Part shown: positions 36,508-46,338 of the stretch, piece after piece
How positions within the stretch are numbered: position 1 is the first letter of the stretch
How the letters are laid out: each line of letters starts with the position of its first letter
From: an uncultured virus (IMG/VR IMGVR_UViG_3300044630_006741)
Lineage: Duplodnaviria > Heunggongvirae > Uroviricota > Caudoviricetes
IMG/VR virus record: IMGVR_UViG_3300044630_006741
Direction: 5' to 3' (one strand)
DNA: 64,000 bases
The notes under the pieces: generated by a model
What the model was told of the DNA's origin: nothing
Seen by the model: only the letters and a program-made list of their open reading frames with translations
Databases searched by the model: none
Made by a program: the position numbers and the translations under genes

Positions 36508-36592
36508 GCCCCGGTGGCGAAACAGGCTATACGCACCAGACTTAAGATCTGGCGATCAGTGAATCGTGTGGGTTCGAATCCCACCCGGGGTA
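36508..36592 (+). tRNA. tRNA-Leu(TAA)
   Basis: CCAGA-CTTAAGA-TCTGG, variable arm. Confidence 0.9.
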
Positions 36593-36624
36593 CATAATTT
36601 TTTGTACTTTGATATATAGGTATT

Positions 36625-37224
36625 ATGATTGAAGGATACAAAAAATACCAAAACGGATTTGTCAAAGACCCAGCTTCTTACTTGTTAAAAGAAGAAGAAA
36701 ACGTTACTGCCAGCACAAGCCTGGTAACACCGAAAACTCTTAATGATTTTTCGGAATCAATATCATCCTCCCTGAATGAGAGAATCGGTGACGAGTATGC
36801 TGCTCACTATTTCTATAGAAATGCTGCCAATTGGTGTAAAAATGTCAATTATAAAAATGCCACAGCATATTTTGAAGCTGAGGCTGCCAGCGAATTAGAT
36901 CACGCTAAGGGATTACAAGACTACCTGACACAGTGGAACCTAATGCCTGCTATTCCTGCTGCTCCAACGCAGCATTCTTTTGAAAATCTAGCAGATATTA
37001 TCAATAAGGCTTACGAGATAGAGTATGAGTTAATGCTTAAATACTCCGACAATCAAAAAGAGTTCTTAAATGATCACCCAGCAACTTTCAATTTTATTCA
37101 GAAATATGTTGATATACAGAATGAAGCTGTTGCTGAATACTCGGATCTTTTAAATGCTCTTAATCTAGTGGACATCAACAATAGATTGGATGTCCTTTAC
37201 TTCGAGAACAATTACTTCGGATAG
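36625..37224 (+). CDS. ferritin-like protein with N-terminal extension
   Basis: LNERIGDEYAAHYFY...EAASELDHA...AYEIE...QNEAVAE ferroxidase pattern. Confidence 0.85.
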   Translation: MIEGYKKYQNGFVKDPASYLLKEEENVTASTSLVTPKTLNDFSESISSSLNERIGDEYAAHYFYRNAANWCKNVNYKNATAYFEAEAASELDHAKGLQDYLTQWNLMPAIPAAPTQHSFENLADIINKAYEIEYELMLKYSDNQKEFLNDHPATFNFIQKYVDIQNEAVAEYSDLLNALNLVDINNRLDVLYFENNYFG

Positions 37225-37238
37225 TAATTAGTTACCCG

Positions 37239-37658
37239 TTACAATTCTTTAGAAAAGGTTAGACCCGCATATCCTCTCGAGAAATCGAAAGAGAAGTTCG
37301 TGTTTGGTATGTAAACTGATGCTCCTAAATATTTACTATTTCCAGTTTCATCCTGCCAATCGTCTACGTATATCTCAATTCCCTTGTTTGCCAATAAGTC
37401 TGAAGCTTTGGATATGAAATCTGGATCATCTGGCTTAAACTTTATGATCTGCGATTTTATTGACGAGTCCATTGATATCTTAGGTACGTTCAGCAGAGAT
37501 TTTTTAAAATCAGAATTCATCTTTAGATAGTCGACTTTACCAAATTTTGGAGCCTCTATCTTAAAATTAGTTAGAGACATTTTTGGATCTGGTTTAACTG
37601 TGGTAGACTGCCCACCCTCATTTATAAAATCTTCGAAAAGTTTTATGTTTTTCATCAC
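37239..37658 (-). CDS. tagged hypothetical protein
   Basis: MKNIKLFEDFINE; GATATATA upstream. Confidence 0.8.
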   Translation of the reverse strand: MMKNIKLFEDFINEGGQSTTVKPDPKMSLTNFKIEAPKFGKVDYLKMNSDFKKSLLNVPKISMDSSIKSQIIKFKPDDPDFISKASDLLANKGIEIYVDDWQDETGNSKYLGASVYIPNTNFSFDFSRGYAGLTFSKEL

Positions 37659-37757
37659 TGATTTTTTATTTTATATATCGAGAGAATCCCTTTGTAAATG
37701 AATAAATAAAGGAGGACCCGGATTTTTAAGGGTTCTTTTCAGTATAATAAAAGAACT

Positions 37758-38267
37758 ATGGAAAATCGACTTGACGGTAACTGGAGAAGACTAACAGATT
37801 CACAAGAAATTGAATTGCTGTCTTATATTAAATCCTGGATGGACGAAAATCCAGGACACAAGATCTATATTGGATGTGACTCCCAAAACAAGGGCAGATC
37901 TACAACTTATGCAACTGTCATAGTTCTACACTATCCTAGCGGTGGTGGACACGTCTTGTACAAAAAAGAGAAAATCGAAAAGGTGTCATCCAGTTTCGAG
38001 AGGCTCTGGAAAGAAGTAGAGCTTAGTGTGGAAATTGCTAATCTTTTAATAGATTCAGGTCTAGGTAAACCCGATTGCATAGACGTCGATCTAAATCCAG
38101 ATCCGAGATACAACTCAAATCAATTACTAAGAGCAGCTGTTGGTCTTATAGAATCCATGGGGATTCAGGCTAGATATAAATCGAAATCGCCATGGGCTAT
38201 TAGTATAGCTGACACTATGTGTAAAAGTAAGACGGGTAAGAAACCAAGAAAAAAACCAGTTAGATAA
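37758..38267 (+). CDS. RNase H-like YkuK (DUF458) family protein
   Basis: IYIGCDSQ...YATVIV...RLWKEVELS...IDVDLN...IAD. Confidence 0.8.
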   Translation: MENRLDGNWRRLTDSQEIELLSYIKSWMDENPGHKIYIGCDSQNKGRSTTYATVIVLHYPSGGGHVLYKKEKIEKVSSSFERLWKEVELSVEIANLLIDSGLGKPDCIDVDLNPDPRYNSNQLLRAAVGLIESMGIQARYKSKSPWAISIADTMCKSKTGKKPRKKPVR

Positions 38268-38560
38268 TGCCTTGCAAAGTAGTACATTTTAAAAAGGATC
38301 CATATGATGTTTATGTAGGAAGAGGATCTAAATGGGGAAATCCATTTTCTCATAAGGACGGGACAACGGCCCAATTTAAAGTTTCAAGTAGACAGGAAGC
38401 TATAGAAAGCTACAGAACATGGATAAAAACTCAGCCACGTCTGATGGAAAGCTTACATGAGCTAAAGGACAAAACACTGGGTTGCTGGTGTAAGCCACAG
38501 GGCTGTCACGGTGATGTTCTAAAAGAATTAGCCGACTCGTTGGGTCGTAATTTATTCTAG
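38267..38560 (+). CDS. DUF4326 family protein
   Basis: YVGRGSKWGNPF...LGCWCKPQGCHGDVL. Confidence 0.85.
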   Translation: MPCKVVHFKKDPYDVYVGRGSKWGNPFSHKDGTTAQFKVSSRQEAIESYRTWIKTQPRLMESLHELKDKTLGCWCKPQGCHGDVLKELADSLGRNLF

Positions 38561-38610
38561 TTACGAAATGATAATTTCTAGCGATATATAGATAAAATCA
38601 CTAGATTATA

Positions 38611-39369
38611 ATGGCATATAGAATTCTTTTTCGTAGAGACACAGCAGCTAACTGGGCGACTAATAACCCTGTTTTATCTGCAGGTGAACCTGGATTTACA
38701 ACAGACACAAACATATTTAAAATAGGAGATGGCGTTACCGCTTGGTCTTCCCTTCAGGATATAAATCCTGCAGGAGTAACCGGTCCAACTGGTGATGTTA
38801 ATTTCGATAATATAGCATCCGACGTTATTGCTTCTGCCGATGCTACTTATAATCTAGGAACTCAAACCTATCAATGGAATAACCTTTACGTTGCGGGCAG
38901 CATGTATCTTGGGGATTCCACTGTTACAGTATCTGGTTCTGGAACTAATTTTATATTAGCAGGTGGAACAGGAAATCAGATAACTGGAAATCTTGAAATA
39001 TCTGGTAATCTTACCGTAAACGGGACTACTAATATTAGACCGTATAAGGTATATTCCGCTCTGGTTTCTCAGACGTCCTCTCTAGATCCAACAGATTTAG
39101 TTTTAGAAAGCACTTTCAATAGCACATTAACTTGGAACAGAGATTACACGGGTAGATACACAGTTTCTTCTTCTACGGAGTTTACGATGGATAAGGTATT
39201 TGTGATGTTCTCACAGAATGCTGCTCTAGCCACTTCAACGACACCTTGTCATTATAATTGGCAGTGGTACGATTCAAGCACGCTGTATGTTGAATCTTTA
39301 AATGTTACGGGGGCTACAGCGGATAACCTTTTCTCTGCTACTTCGGTTGAGATTCGAGTTTATAATTAA
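38611..39369 (+). CDS. tail-fibre-like structural protein (Mtd/hyaluronidase N-terminal-like domain)
   Basis: RRDTAANWATNNPVLSAGEPGFTTDTNIFKIGDGVTAW. Confidence 0.75.
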   Translation: MAYRILFRRDTAANWATNNPVLSAGEPGFTTDTNIFKIGDGVTAWSSLQDINPAGVTGPTGDVNFDNIASDVIASADATYNLGTQTYQWNNLYVAGSMYLGDSTVTVSGSGTNFILAGGTGNQITGNLEISGNLTVNGTTNIRPYKVYSALVSQTSSLDPTDLVLESTFNSTLTWNRDYTGRYTVSSSTEFTMDKVFVMFSQNAALATSTTPCHYNWQWYDSSTLYVESLNVTGATADNLFSATSVEIRVYN

Positions 39370-39429
39370 TTTCTCCGAAATTAACTTATTTGCTACGGAA
39401 TTTTTATGTATTATTGCGATAAGATTTTA

Positions 39430-41556
39430 ATGGAGAAAGAATATATGGAAAATTACGAGGAAGACTATGATCTAAACCTTTCGCCCTCTAACAAATACGG
39501 GGACGACGAAGACGATGACACACCAACAGGTGGTTTCAAATCATCGCAGAATAAATCATCAAAAACACCTGCACTAGACACCTATTCGAGGGATCTGACA
39601 GCTATGGCTGCTAGGGGTGAACTCGATCCTATTATAGGAAGAGATCACGAGATCGAAAGGGTGTCCCAGATTCTATGTAGAAGAAAAAAGAACAATCCGG
39701 TTCTAATAGGAGAACCCGGTGTTGGTAAATCAGCAATTGCAGAAGGTATCGCCATCCGAATAGTTCAGAGAAAGGTTTCGAGGAATCTTCTTAATAAAAG
39801 GATCATTAGTCTGGACATTGCCTCGATTGTGGCCGGTACTAAATACAGGGGTCAGTTTGAGGAAAGAATGAAGGCTATCATCGAGGAGCTAAGAGACGAT
39901 CCTAGTGTGATCATCTTCATTGATGAAATCCACACTATGGTTGGAGCAGGTGGAGCATCCGGATCCCTTGACGCTTCGAATATGTTTAAGCCTCCTCTTG
40001 CTAGGGGTGAACTCCAATGCATAGGTGCCACAACCCTAAACGAATATAGACAGCATATTGAGAAGGATGGAGCTTTGGAAAGAAGATTCCAGAAAATCAT
40101 CGTGGAAGCTCCAGATGCTGATACGACAATCAAGATCCTCAATAACATCAAGTCTAAATACGAGGACCACCACAACGTTACTTACACAGAGGATGCTATT
40201 CTAAATTGTGTTAAGCTAACAGAGAGATACATCACCGATAGAAATTTTCCAGATAAGGCACTAGATGCTTTAGACGAGGCAGGATCAAGAACACAGCTAA
40301 CAGAAGTTAAAGTTCCTGATGCAATCAAGAACCTAGAGAAGAATCTTGATAATATTCACATTGATAAAAAAGACGCAGTCACTAAACAAGACTACGAAGC
40401 TGCTGCTAAATTCAGGGACTTAGAAAGAAAGATCAGAGTTAATTTGGAGCTGGAACAGAAAAACTGGGAGAGTAAACTTAAGGAAGATCGAAAAGTGGTT
40501 GATGGAGATAAGGTAGCCGAGGTAGTTTCGATGATGAGTGGGGTTCCTTTGAAAAAAGTAACACAGGAGGAGAATGAAAAACTTGCTAATCTTGGTCCGG
40601 ATCTTAAATCTAAAGTGATAGGGCAGGATCCAGCTATCGAGAAAATAGCAAAGGCTATTCTTCGTAATAGAATGGGACTAAAAGATCCTAATAAACCAAT
40701 TGGCTCCTTTATATTCCTAGGTCCTACAGGGGTTGGAAAGACTCAACTTGCCAAAGAATTGGCAAAACAATTATTCGGGGATGCCGATGCTTTAATTAGA
40801 GTCGATATGAGTGAGTATATGGAGAAGTTTAACTCAACTAAACTCATTGGCGCACCTCCGGGCTATGTTGGTCACGAAGAAGGTGGGCAACTGACAGAAA
40901 AGGTTAGAAGAAAGCCATACTCGATAGTTCTTTTCGATGAGATTGAAAAAGCACACCCGGATATCTTTAATTCTTTGCTTCAAATTCTGGACGAAGGTTT
41001 AATAACCGACGGTCTCGGCAGAAAGATTAACTTCAAGAACACCTTGATTATTCTGACATCCAACGTGGGGCAGAGAAAACTAAATGAGTTTGGATCTAGC
41101 ATTGGATTCTCTAAGGACAAGGCGGAGAAGGCAAAAATAGAAGGCGAGATCCTACTTAAGAAAGAGCTGGAAAAAACATTTTCTCCGGAGTTCTTAAACA
41201 GACTTGACGAGATCATCTACTTTGATCCGCTGGCTAAGGAAAACATTATTAAGATCCTTGATGTCGAATTGGATATAATGAAACCTAGGTTTGAATCAAT
41301 TGGTATTAAAATCAAGATAACTGACACATTAAAAGAGAAGATAGCTGAGGTTGGCTACGATCCTAAATTCGGTGCTAGACCACTAAAAAGAGTTCTTCAG
41401 AAATACGTAGAAGACACTGTTGCTGAAACAATGATCAATAATAAGATCAATCCAGGCGATACCTTTACCCTTGACTTTGATCCTAAGAAGGAGGGAACGA
41501 CTTCTACTCCGGTAAAAGTTAAAATAACCGCCAAAAAACAGAAACCAACTGAGTAA
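39430..41556 (+). CDS. clpC: ClpC/ClpB-family AAA+ chaperone lacking the Clp-N domain
   Basis: two Walker A motifs (GEPGVGKS, GPTGVGKT), KYRG pore loop, UVR-like middle domain. Confidence 0.9.
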   Translation: MEKEYMENYEEDYDLNLSPSNKYGDDEDDDTPTGGFKSSQNKSSKTPALDTYSRDLTAMAARGELDPIIGRDHEIERVSQILCRRKKNNPVLIGEPGVGKSAIAEGIAIRIVQRKVSRNLLNKRIISLDIASIVAGTKYRGQFEERMKAIIEELRDDPSVIIFIDEIHTMVGAGGASGSLDASNMFKPPLARGELQCIGATTLNEYRQHIEKDGALERRFQKIIVEAPDADTTIKILNNIKSKYEDHHNVTYTEDAILNCVKLTERYITDRNFPDKALDALDEAGSRTQLTEVKVPDAIKNLEKNLDNIHIDKKDAVTKQDYEAAAKFRDLERKIRVNLELEQKNWESKLKEDRKVVDGDKVAEVVSMMSGVPLKKVTQEENEKLANLGPDLKSKVIGQDPAIEKIAKAILRNRMGLKDPNKPIGSFIFLGPTGVGKTQLAKELAKQLFGDADALIRVDMSEYMEKFNSTKLIGAPPGYVGHEEGGQLTEKVRRKPYSIVLFDEIEKAHPDIFNSLLQILDEGLITDGLGRKINFKNTLIILTSNVGQRKLNEFGSSIGFSKDKAEKAKIEGEILLKKELEKTFSPEFLNRLDEIIYFDPLAKENIIKILDVELDIMKPRFESIGIKIKITDTLKEKIAEVGYDPKFGARPLKRVLQKYVEDTVAETMINNKINPGDTFTLDFDPKKEGTTSTPVKVKITAKKQKPTE

Positions 41557-41565
41557 ATATAGATT

Positions 41566-41763
41566 ATGATCAATATTAAACTAGAAGGTAAAATGTCAAT
41601 AGAGCAAGCTCTAAAGAAGTACAAGATGAAATTCTCTAAGCACAAGGTAATTGAAGAACTAAGAGAAAGAACGCATTACGTAAAAGATAGTGTGAAGAGG
41701 AGGGATGAATTAAAAAGAGCCGAATATCGGGAAACAAAGAGAAGAGAAGAAAACGGAGAATAA
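41566..41763 (+). CDS. rpsU: ribosomal protein bS21
   Basis: IEQALKKYKMK...EELRERTHYVKDSVKRR. Confidence 0.85.
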   Translation: MINIKLEGKMSIEQALKKYKMKFSKHKVIEELRERTHYVKDSVKRRDELKRAEYRETKRREENGE

Positions 41764-41765
41764 CG

Positions 41766-41791
41766 AAAAAGCCTGCTTAAGCAGGCTTTTT
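41766..41791. terminator. bidirectional intrinsic terminator
   Basis: AAAAAGCCTGC-TTAA-GCAGGCTTTTT. Confidence 0.85.
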
Positions 41792-41807
41792 CTTTGGTGT
41801 AGTATTT

Positions 41808-42323
41808 TTATTCAGGGAGTACCTTCGACATAACTACCTTTAAGGTATATGGAGGATTGTTACCGTCGGTACCGGTTAATTTTCTTTTTCCCGTTTCATA
41901 AGGATATTTATCAGCAATAGCTTTGTTTTTGATCTTCTTCTTAATTATTTCCCTATCATTTCCTGTTTCAGCATAAAGTTTTTCATTAGGTCCATCTGCT
42001 TGAGGGTCATCGGCTATAACAACTTCAGCTTCACCTATATTTCTAACAGCTTTTAAAGCTTTATCTACAACACTATTCTTACCATCAGATGGCCAGTTAG
42101 CAGCAAAGGCAAGCATAGATGCAGCTTTTTTCTTAACGTCTTTCCTTGGAACAATCTTAGATCTTTCCAGTGCACTAACAAGATCATCCGCTAATTTTTT
42201 ACCGCTTGAATATTTAGATGATATCTTGTCCTCATCCGGAACATTTAACAATTTGTGCATTAAACCCTTTTCTGCCTCGTCTATATTTTGGACAAAGTTT
42301 TCAAAAACCATTAAATTTTTCAT
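41808..42323 (-). CDS. tagged hypothetical protein
   Basis: MKNLMVFENFVQNIDE. Confidence 0.75.
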   Translation of the reverse strand: MKNLMVFENFVQNIDEAEKGLMHKLLNVPDEDKISSKYSSGKKLADDLVSALERSKIVPRKDVKKKAASMLAFAANWPSDGKNSVVDKALKAVRNIGEAEVVIADDPQADGPNEKLYAETGNDREIIKKKIKNKAIADKYPYETGKRKLTGTDGNNPPYTLKVVMSKVLPE

Positions 42324-42363
42324 CTATAACCTTTTTAGTTATATATTCTATAACAATAATAAA

Positions 42364-42555
42364 ATGGAAGCACTGAAAGAGAAAAGCCTAGAAAAAGAAA
42401 TTGCTCACCTAAAAGCAGCTCTTGCTTTAGCAGTAGGTTCTTTAGAATCTATGAAATGGCTTGTAAACTCAAAAGAGGATAGTGAAGAAAAGATGGACCA
42501 CATCAATTCTATTCTTGAAAGAGTTCTGACTGATATAGAAAAACTGGTAGATTAA
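42364..42555 (+). CDS. small helical hypothetical protein
   Basis: MEALKEKSLEKE; internal ATG with A-rich leader. Confidence 0.55.
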   Translation: MEALKEKSLEKEIAHLKAALALAVGSLESMKWLVNSKEDSEEKMDHINSILERVLTDIEKLVD

Positions 42556-43223
42556 AGTTTGACTGTTATCTTCCTGGTAATGTCACCGAGCTTAGATTCG
42601 CCGGTTTTCTCGTAGACAAGTGTAGAAAGACCGTCCTTTAATATCCTCTCAGGAGAGGACTTTATTAGAAATAGGTTAAGTTTGTCTAGATTTTTTTCGT
42701 ATAATGGGGTTTCTATTAATCTCTCGTGTGGTAAAGAACGGTATCTCCCTGGTTTTCTGAAAGTCTCTATTTCCATAATATTGCAACGGGTTAATATATC
42801 ATCATCCTCTGCTCCCCATCCCCAATATCCGTTAGCATATCCATTTATTTTTTCAAAAGATTCTTTATCGAACATTGTAACACCGCCGAAGTATCCCACG
42901 TATGGTAGCTTCCATCCGAATTGTTCGGCTTCTGTCGCCATATGAGTCGGTGCTTTGACCGATGAGTAATCCGAATTAACTGGAAGCATGTCGACATCAT
43001 GGAAGCAGAAATAGTCGCAATCTTTAGATTCATTAAACCCAACATTTAAAAGTTTACCTCTATTGAATGGCTTATCGTCTTCCTGCTCAACGATCAATAT
43101 CCGGGTCTCGAATTCATTTTCATCTTTAGGAAGACTCTTCAGATATTCTTCCATGAACGGTACAAATTGAGCTAGATGTTGTTCCCTGTTTCTATAAGGT
43201 ACGACTATTGATAACTTCTTCAT
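42552..43223 (-). CDS. GT7 beta-1,4-galactosyltransferase-like
   Basis: VPYRNR, FNRGKLLNVG, FHDVD, WGWGAEDDD. Confidence 0.9.
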   Translation of the reverse strand: MKKLSIVVPYRNREQHLAQFVPFMEEYLKSLPKDENEFETRILIVEQEDDKPFNRGKLLNVGFNESKDCDYFCFHDVDMLPVNSDYSSVKAPTHMATEAEQFGWKLPYVGYFGGVTMFDKESFEKINGYANGYWGWGAEDDDILTRCNIMEIETFRKPGRYRSLPHERLIETPLYEKNLDKLNLFLIKSSPERILKDGLSTLVYEKTGESKLGDITRKITVKL

Positions 43224-43290
43224 ATCTATAAATACTATCTAATGGCTCTTTTGTTTCGAAACACCAGTAAAAATTACAGTATAATGTATC

Positions 43291-44076
43291 ATGAAAGACA
43301 GCGATATAATTTTTATTACGCCGACCCTACATACTAAGTGGCTTGGCTATCAAAGTGAGATAATAAAAAATTTTTTCCCAGGAAGCACCCACATTATAGT
43401 GGACGGAAGACAAAATTGGCCGTATGCTTGGTTCTATTGGATGGACGAGATAAAAAACATTCCCGGAAAATGGTTCGTACATATAGACGAGGATTGCTTT
43501 TTAGAAAGCAAGGAACAATTACTAAGACTAATTCAAAAAATGGAGGATGAAGACTATTCTTTATCCGCGGTTTCTGATGGATTTCACCACTACAGGGGCG
43601 CAAACGGGACGGCGATAAATTCATTTTTTATGGTGGGGAAAAAAGATGATTTTTTAGAATCTGATTTTAATCATAGCGATATGGAATTTAACTTTGACGG
43701 TAGGGGCTGGAGGAATAATAAAAATATCAGTTTTGACCCAGCAAAGCATTTACACAGCTTCCCATATCCTCATGAAAAAATGGAAAATGGTGAAGACACA
43801 AGTTACGAACAGGAGCCATATTATTCATTACTTTGGAAATTGAGAGAGGAGGGTAAAAAATTCTATTACCTGTATCCCCAATTTGACGAAAGGTTCAAGT
43901 CAACAAACCCAAGGATAGATTCTAATTCCGGAGACATTGCTATACACATGTGGTATGCAAGGACTTGGGAAAGTCCGATGGACGTACACGGTATGCCTAA
44001 TGTGGAAAGATACAGGAGGCTGGAAGAGTATCTCTTAAAAAATAAATCAGTCAGTTCAAAAAATACTAATGACTAA
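43291..44076 (+). CDS. putative glycosyltransferase (GT-A, DxD)
   Basis: FVHIDEDCF; gene context. Confidence 0.6.
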   Translation: MKDSDIIFITPTLHTKWLGYQSEIIKNFFPGSTHIIVDGRQNWPYAWFYWMDEIKNIPGKWFVHIDEDCFLESKEQLLRLIQKMEDEDYSLSAVSDGFHHYRGANGTAINSFFMVGKKDDFLESDFNHSDMEFNFDGRGWRNNKNISFDPAKHLHSFPYPHEKMENGEDTSYEQEPYYSLLWKLREEGKKFYYLYPQFDERFKSTNPRIDSNSGDIAIHMWYARTWESPMDVHGMPNVERYRRLEEYLLKNKSVSSKNTND

Positions 44077-44836
44077 TATGAAAAAAGAAATAACGTATTT
44101 AACCTCTTCCAATTACGGATATATTAGGTTTTGCATTTCATCTGTTAAGAATTTTCATAACATATTTGGAAAACAAAATAAGCTAATTGTCCAGTGCTTA
44201 GATGAAAAAACTTTTGATACTGTAGAGGAATTATTAAAAAGTTTGGGATCTAGTAATATATTCCTAGAGAAGGAATACGGAGGTCCCGCAGAATTTCAAA
44301 GTTTTTATAGTAATGGATTCATTCAGACCGTATATAAGAAATTTATACTAGTGTATAACAAGCTAAAAGAAAATGAATTTGTTTATTTTTTTGATTCCGA
44401 TGTGCATTTCTTCAGCGATCCAACTGACTACGTTTTAGGGATGTTAGAAAAAAACGATCTCGTATTTCAACAGGATGCGCCCTTAACGGACAACCACGAA
44501 ATAGGGGAGACGTATGTGTGCTCTGGGAACTTCGCAGCAAAGTGTTCCCCTGAATCCTTGAAGTTTATGGAGACAGTTATATCAAAATTTGACGGTCTAA
44601 AAAACGATCAGGAGGTCGCTTATGAATATCTATATAGCTCCTGTCCTAATAACGATGTTAGAAATTATCCAAACGCAAAAATGGACATAATGGATCCTTA
44701 TAAATATCAAAATGGATTCGATGCATTTAGATCCGGCTGGTATAAAAAACCTGATGTGGTGTGTGTTCATGCAAATCACATGGTTGGTATAGAAAATAAA
44801 ATAAATGCTTTTAAGACATTGGGGGTTGATCTATGA
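44069..44836 (+). CDS. nucleotide-diphospho-sugar transferase (GT77-like)
   Basis: FFDSDV, CSGNF, NDQ, VHANH. Confidence 0.75.
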   Translation: MTNMKKEITYLTSSNYGYIRFCISSVKNFHNIFGKQNKLIVQCLDEKTFDTVEELLKSLGSSNIFLEKEYGGPAEFQSFYSNGFIQTVYKKFILVYNKLKENEFVYFFDSDVHFFSDPTDYVLGMLEKNDLVFQQDAPLTDNHEIGETYVCSGNFAAKCSPESLKFMETVISKFDGLKNDQEVAYEYLYSSCPNNDVRNYPNAKMDIMDPYKYQNGFDAFRSGWYKKPDVVCVHANHMVGIENKINAFKTLGVDL

Positions 44837-45627
44837 TAACGTGTTCTTCAATAGGGTACATGGGTAGATTAGCAAACCAAATGTTCCAATTTGCATCCAC
44901 TGTTGGGATAGCTAGAAAACTTGGATATGATGTGAAATTTCCTGGTGAAAATTTCATATCAGGAAATCCTCACGATTATAACGGAGGAAAACTGAGAGAG
45001 TGTTTTAATATAGACGATAAGTATTTTGCTCCCTCCCATTTAATATCGAAAGAAATTTTGTACTCTTATAAAGAATCTTCATTTAATTTCAATCCGGATA
45101 CTTTAGGGCTTCCTGATAGAACAGATCTTCATGGGTATTTTCAAAACGAGAGGTATTTCTCTCATTGCTCAGAAGAGGTCCTAGAATGCTTTACCTTTAA
45201 AAAGAATACGATAGAAAACACACCGCACGTGGAGCCAAATTCAGTCTCTGTTCATGTCAGAAGAGGCGACTATTTGAATTCACCTGGTCACCACCCGACT
45301 CAAACTCCTGAGTATTATAATAAAGCAATCGAAATATCCGGAAAGAAAAACATTTACATTTTTTCGGAAGATCTCAATTGGTGCAGGGATAATATAAATA
45401 AAAATGACAATAATTTATTTTTTGTTAATGAAAATGATCCCTTTGTATCTATGAGAATGATGAGTTTATGCGAGGATAATATAATATCAAATAGCTCATA
45501 CGGCTGGTGGGGGGCTTGGCTTAATCTTAATCCCCATAAAAAAGTAATCGGACCGATTTCATGGTTTGGCCCGCTGCTACCTAATGACACAAGCGATGTT
45601 CTACCTCCCAACTGGATAAAAATATAA
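44833..45627 (+). CDS. GT11 alpha-1,2-fucosyltransferase
   Basis: GRLANQMFQ, GYFQNERYF, HVRRGDY, NSSYGWWGAWL. Confidence 0.9.
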   Translation: MITCSSIGYMGRLANQMFQFASTVGIARKLGYDVKFPGENFISGNPHDYNGGKLRECFNIDDKYFAPSHLISKEILYSYKESSFNFNPDTLGLPDRTDLHGYFQNERYFSHCSEEVLECFTFKKNTIENTPHVEPNSVSVHVRRGDYLNSPGHHPTQTPEYYNKAIEISGKKNIYIFSEDLNWCRDNINKNDNNLFFVNENDPFVSMRMMSLCEDNIISNSSYGWWGAWLNLNPHKKVIGPISWFGPLLPNDTSDVLPPNWIKI

Positions 45628-45629
45628 GT

Positions 45630-46325
45630 ATGAATATTAACATAGATGTGCTACTCCCCGTTTATAACGATGAAAAATATATAGGATTTTGTTTGGATAG
45701 CATAAAGGGCCAGACATATCGCAATTTCAGATGTCTCATAGGATTTAATGGAACCTATGATAAAAGCAAAGATATAGCTAGAGAAAAAATAGGGAACGAT
45801 CCAAGGTTTATTATTTTTGATTACGGTCACGTTAGTGGGAAATCTATAACGCTAAATAAACTTTTGAAAGAAGCTGAATCTGAATATATCTGTCTAATCG
45901 ACGGGGATGACTGCTGGGCTCCGAATAAATTAGAAAGACAGATTCCTCATATTAATAAATATGATGTAATAGGATCATTATGTAATTACGTGGACGAACA
46001 CAATAACATAACATCGACCATAAGGCTACCTGAATTTGACATGGGTATAAAGATTTGGATAGAATCAATAAAAAACCCAATAGTGAATCAGTCTTGCCTG
46101 TTTAAAAAGAATGACATAATTGAAGCAGGCGGGTGGAGATCTGATAAAGAAACTATAGAAGATTTTGATATGTGGATAAGGCTATCGAGAAGCGGAAAAA
46201 CCTTCTATAATATACAGGAACCCTTAGTTTATCATAGGATACATAATAATAGTAATTTTAATGCAAATCCAGAGCAAGGAACTATACTAAAGGAAGCTAT
46301 AATAAGAACACACTTTAAAAATTAA
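45630..46325 (+). CDS. GT2 glycosyltransferase
   Basis: LLPVYN, IDGDD, EDFDMW. Confidence 0.85.
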   Translation: MNINIDVLLPVYNDEKYIGFCLDSIKGQTYRNFRCLIGFNGTYDKSKDIAREKIGNDPRFIIFDYGHVSGKSITLNKLLKEAESEYICLIDGDDCWAPNKLERQIPHINKYDVIGSLCNYVDEHNNITSTIRLPEFDMGIKIWIESIKNPIVNQSCLFKKNDIIEAGGWRSDKETIEDFDMWIRLSRSGKTFYNIQEPLVYHRIHNNSNFNANPEQGTILKEAIIRTHFKN

Positions 46326-46338
46326 ATATAATAAAAAT

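Noticed and set aside
33203..36545. ORF-track proteins overlapping tRNA genes (33203, 33280, 33601, 33787, 34242, 34599, 35999, 36078, 36315)
   Set aside because: Shadow ORFs arising from GC-rich tRNA sequence.
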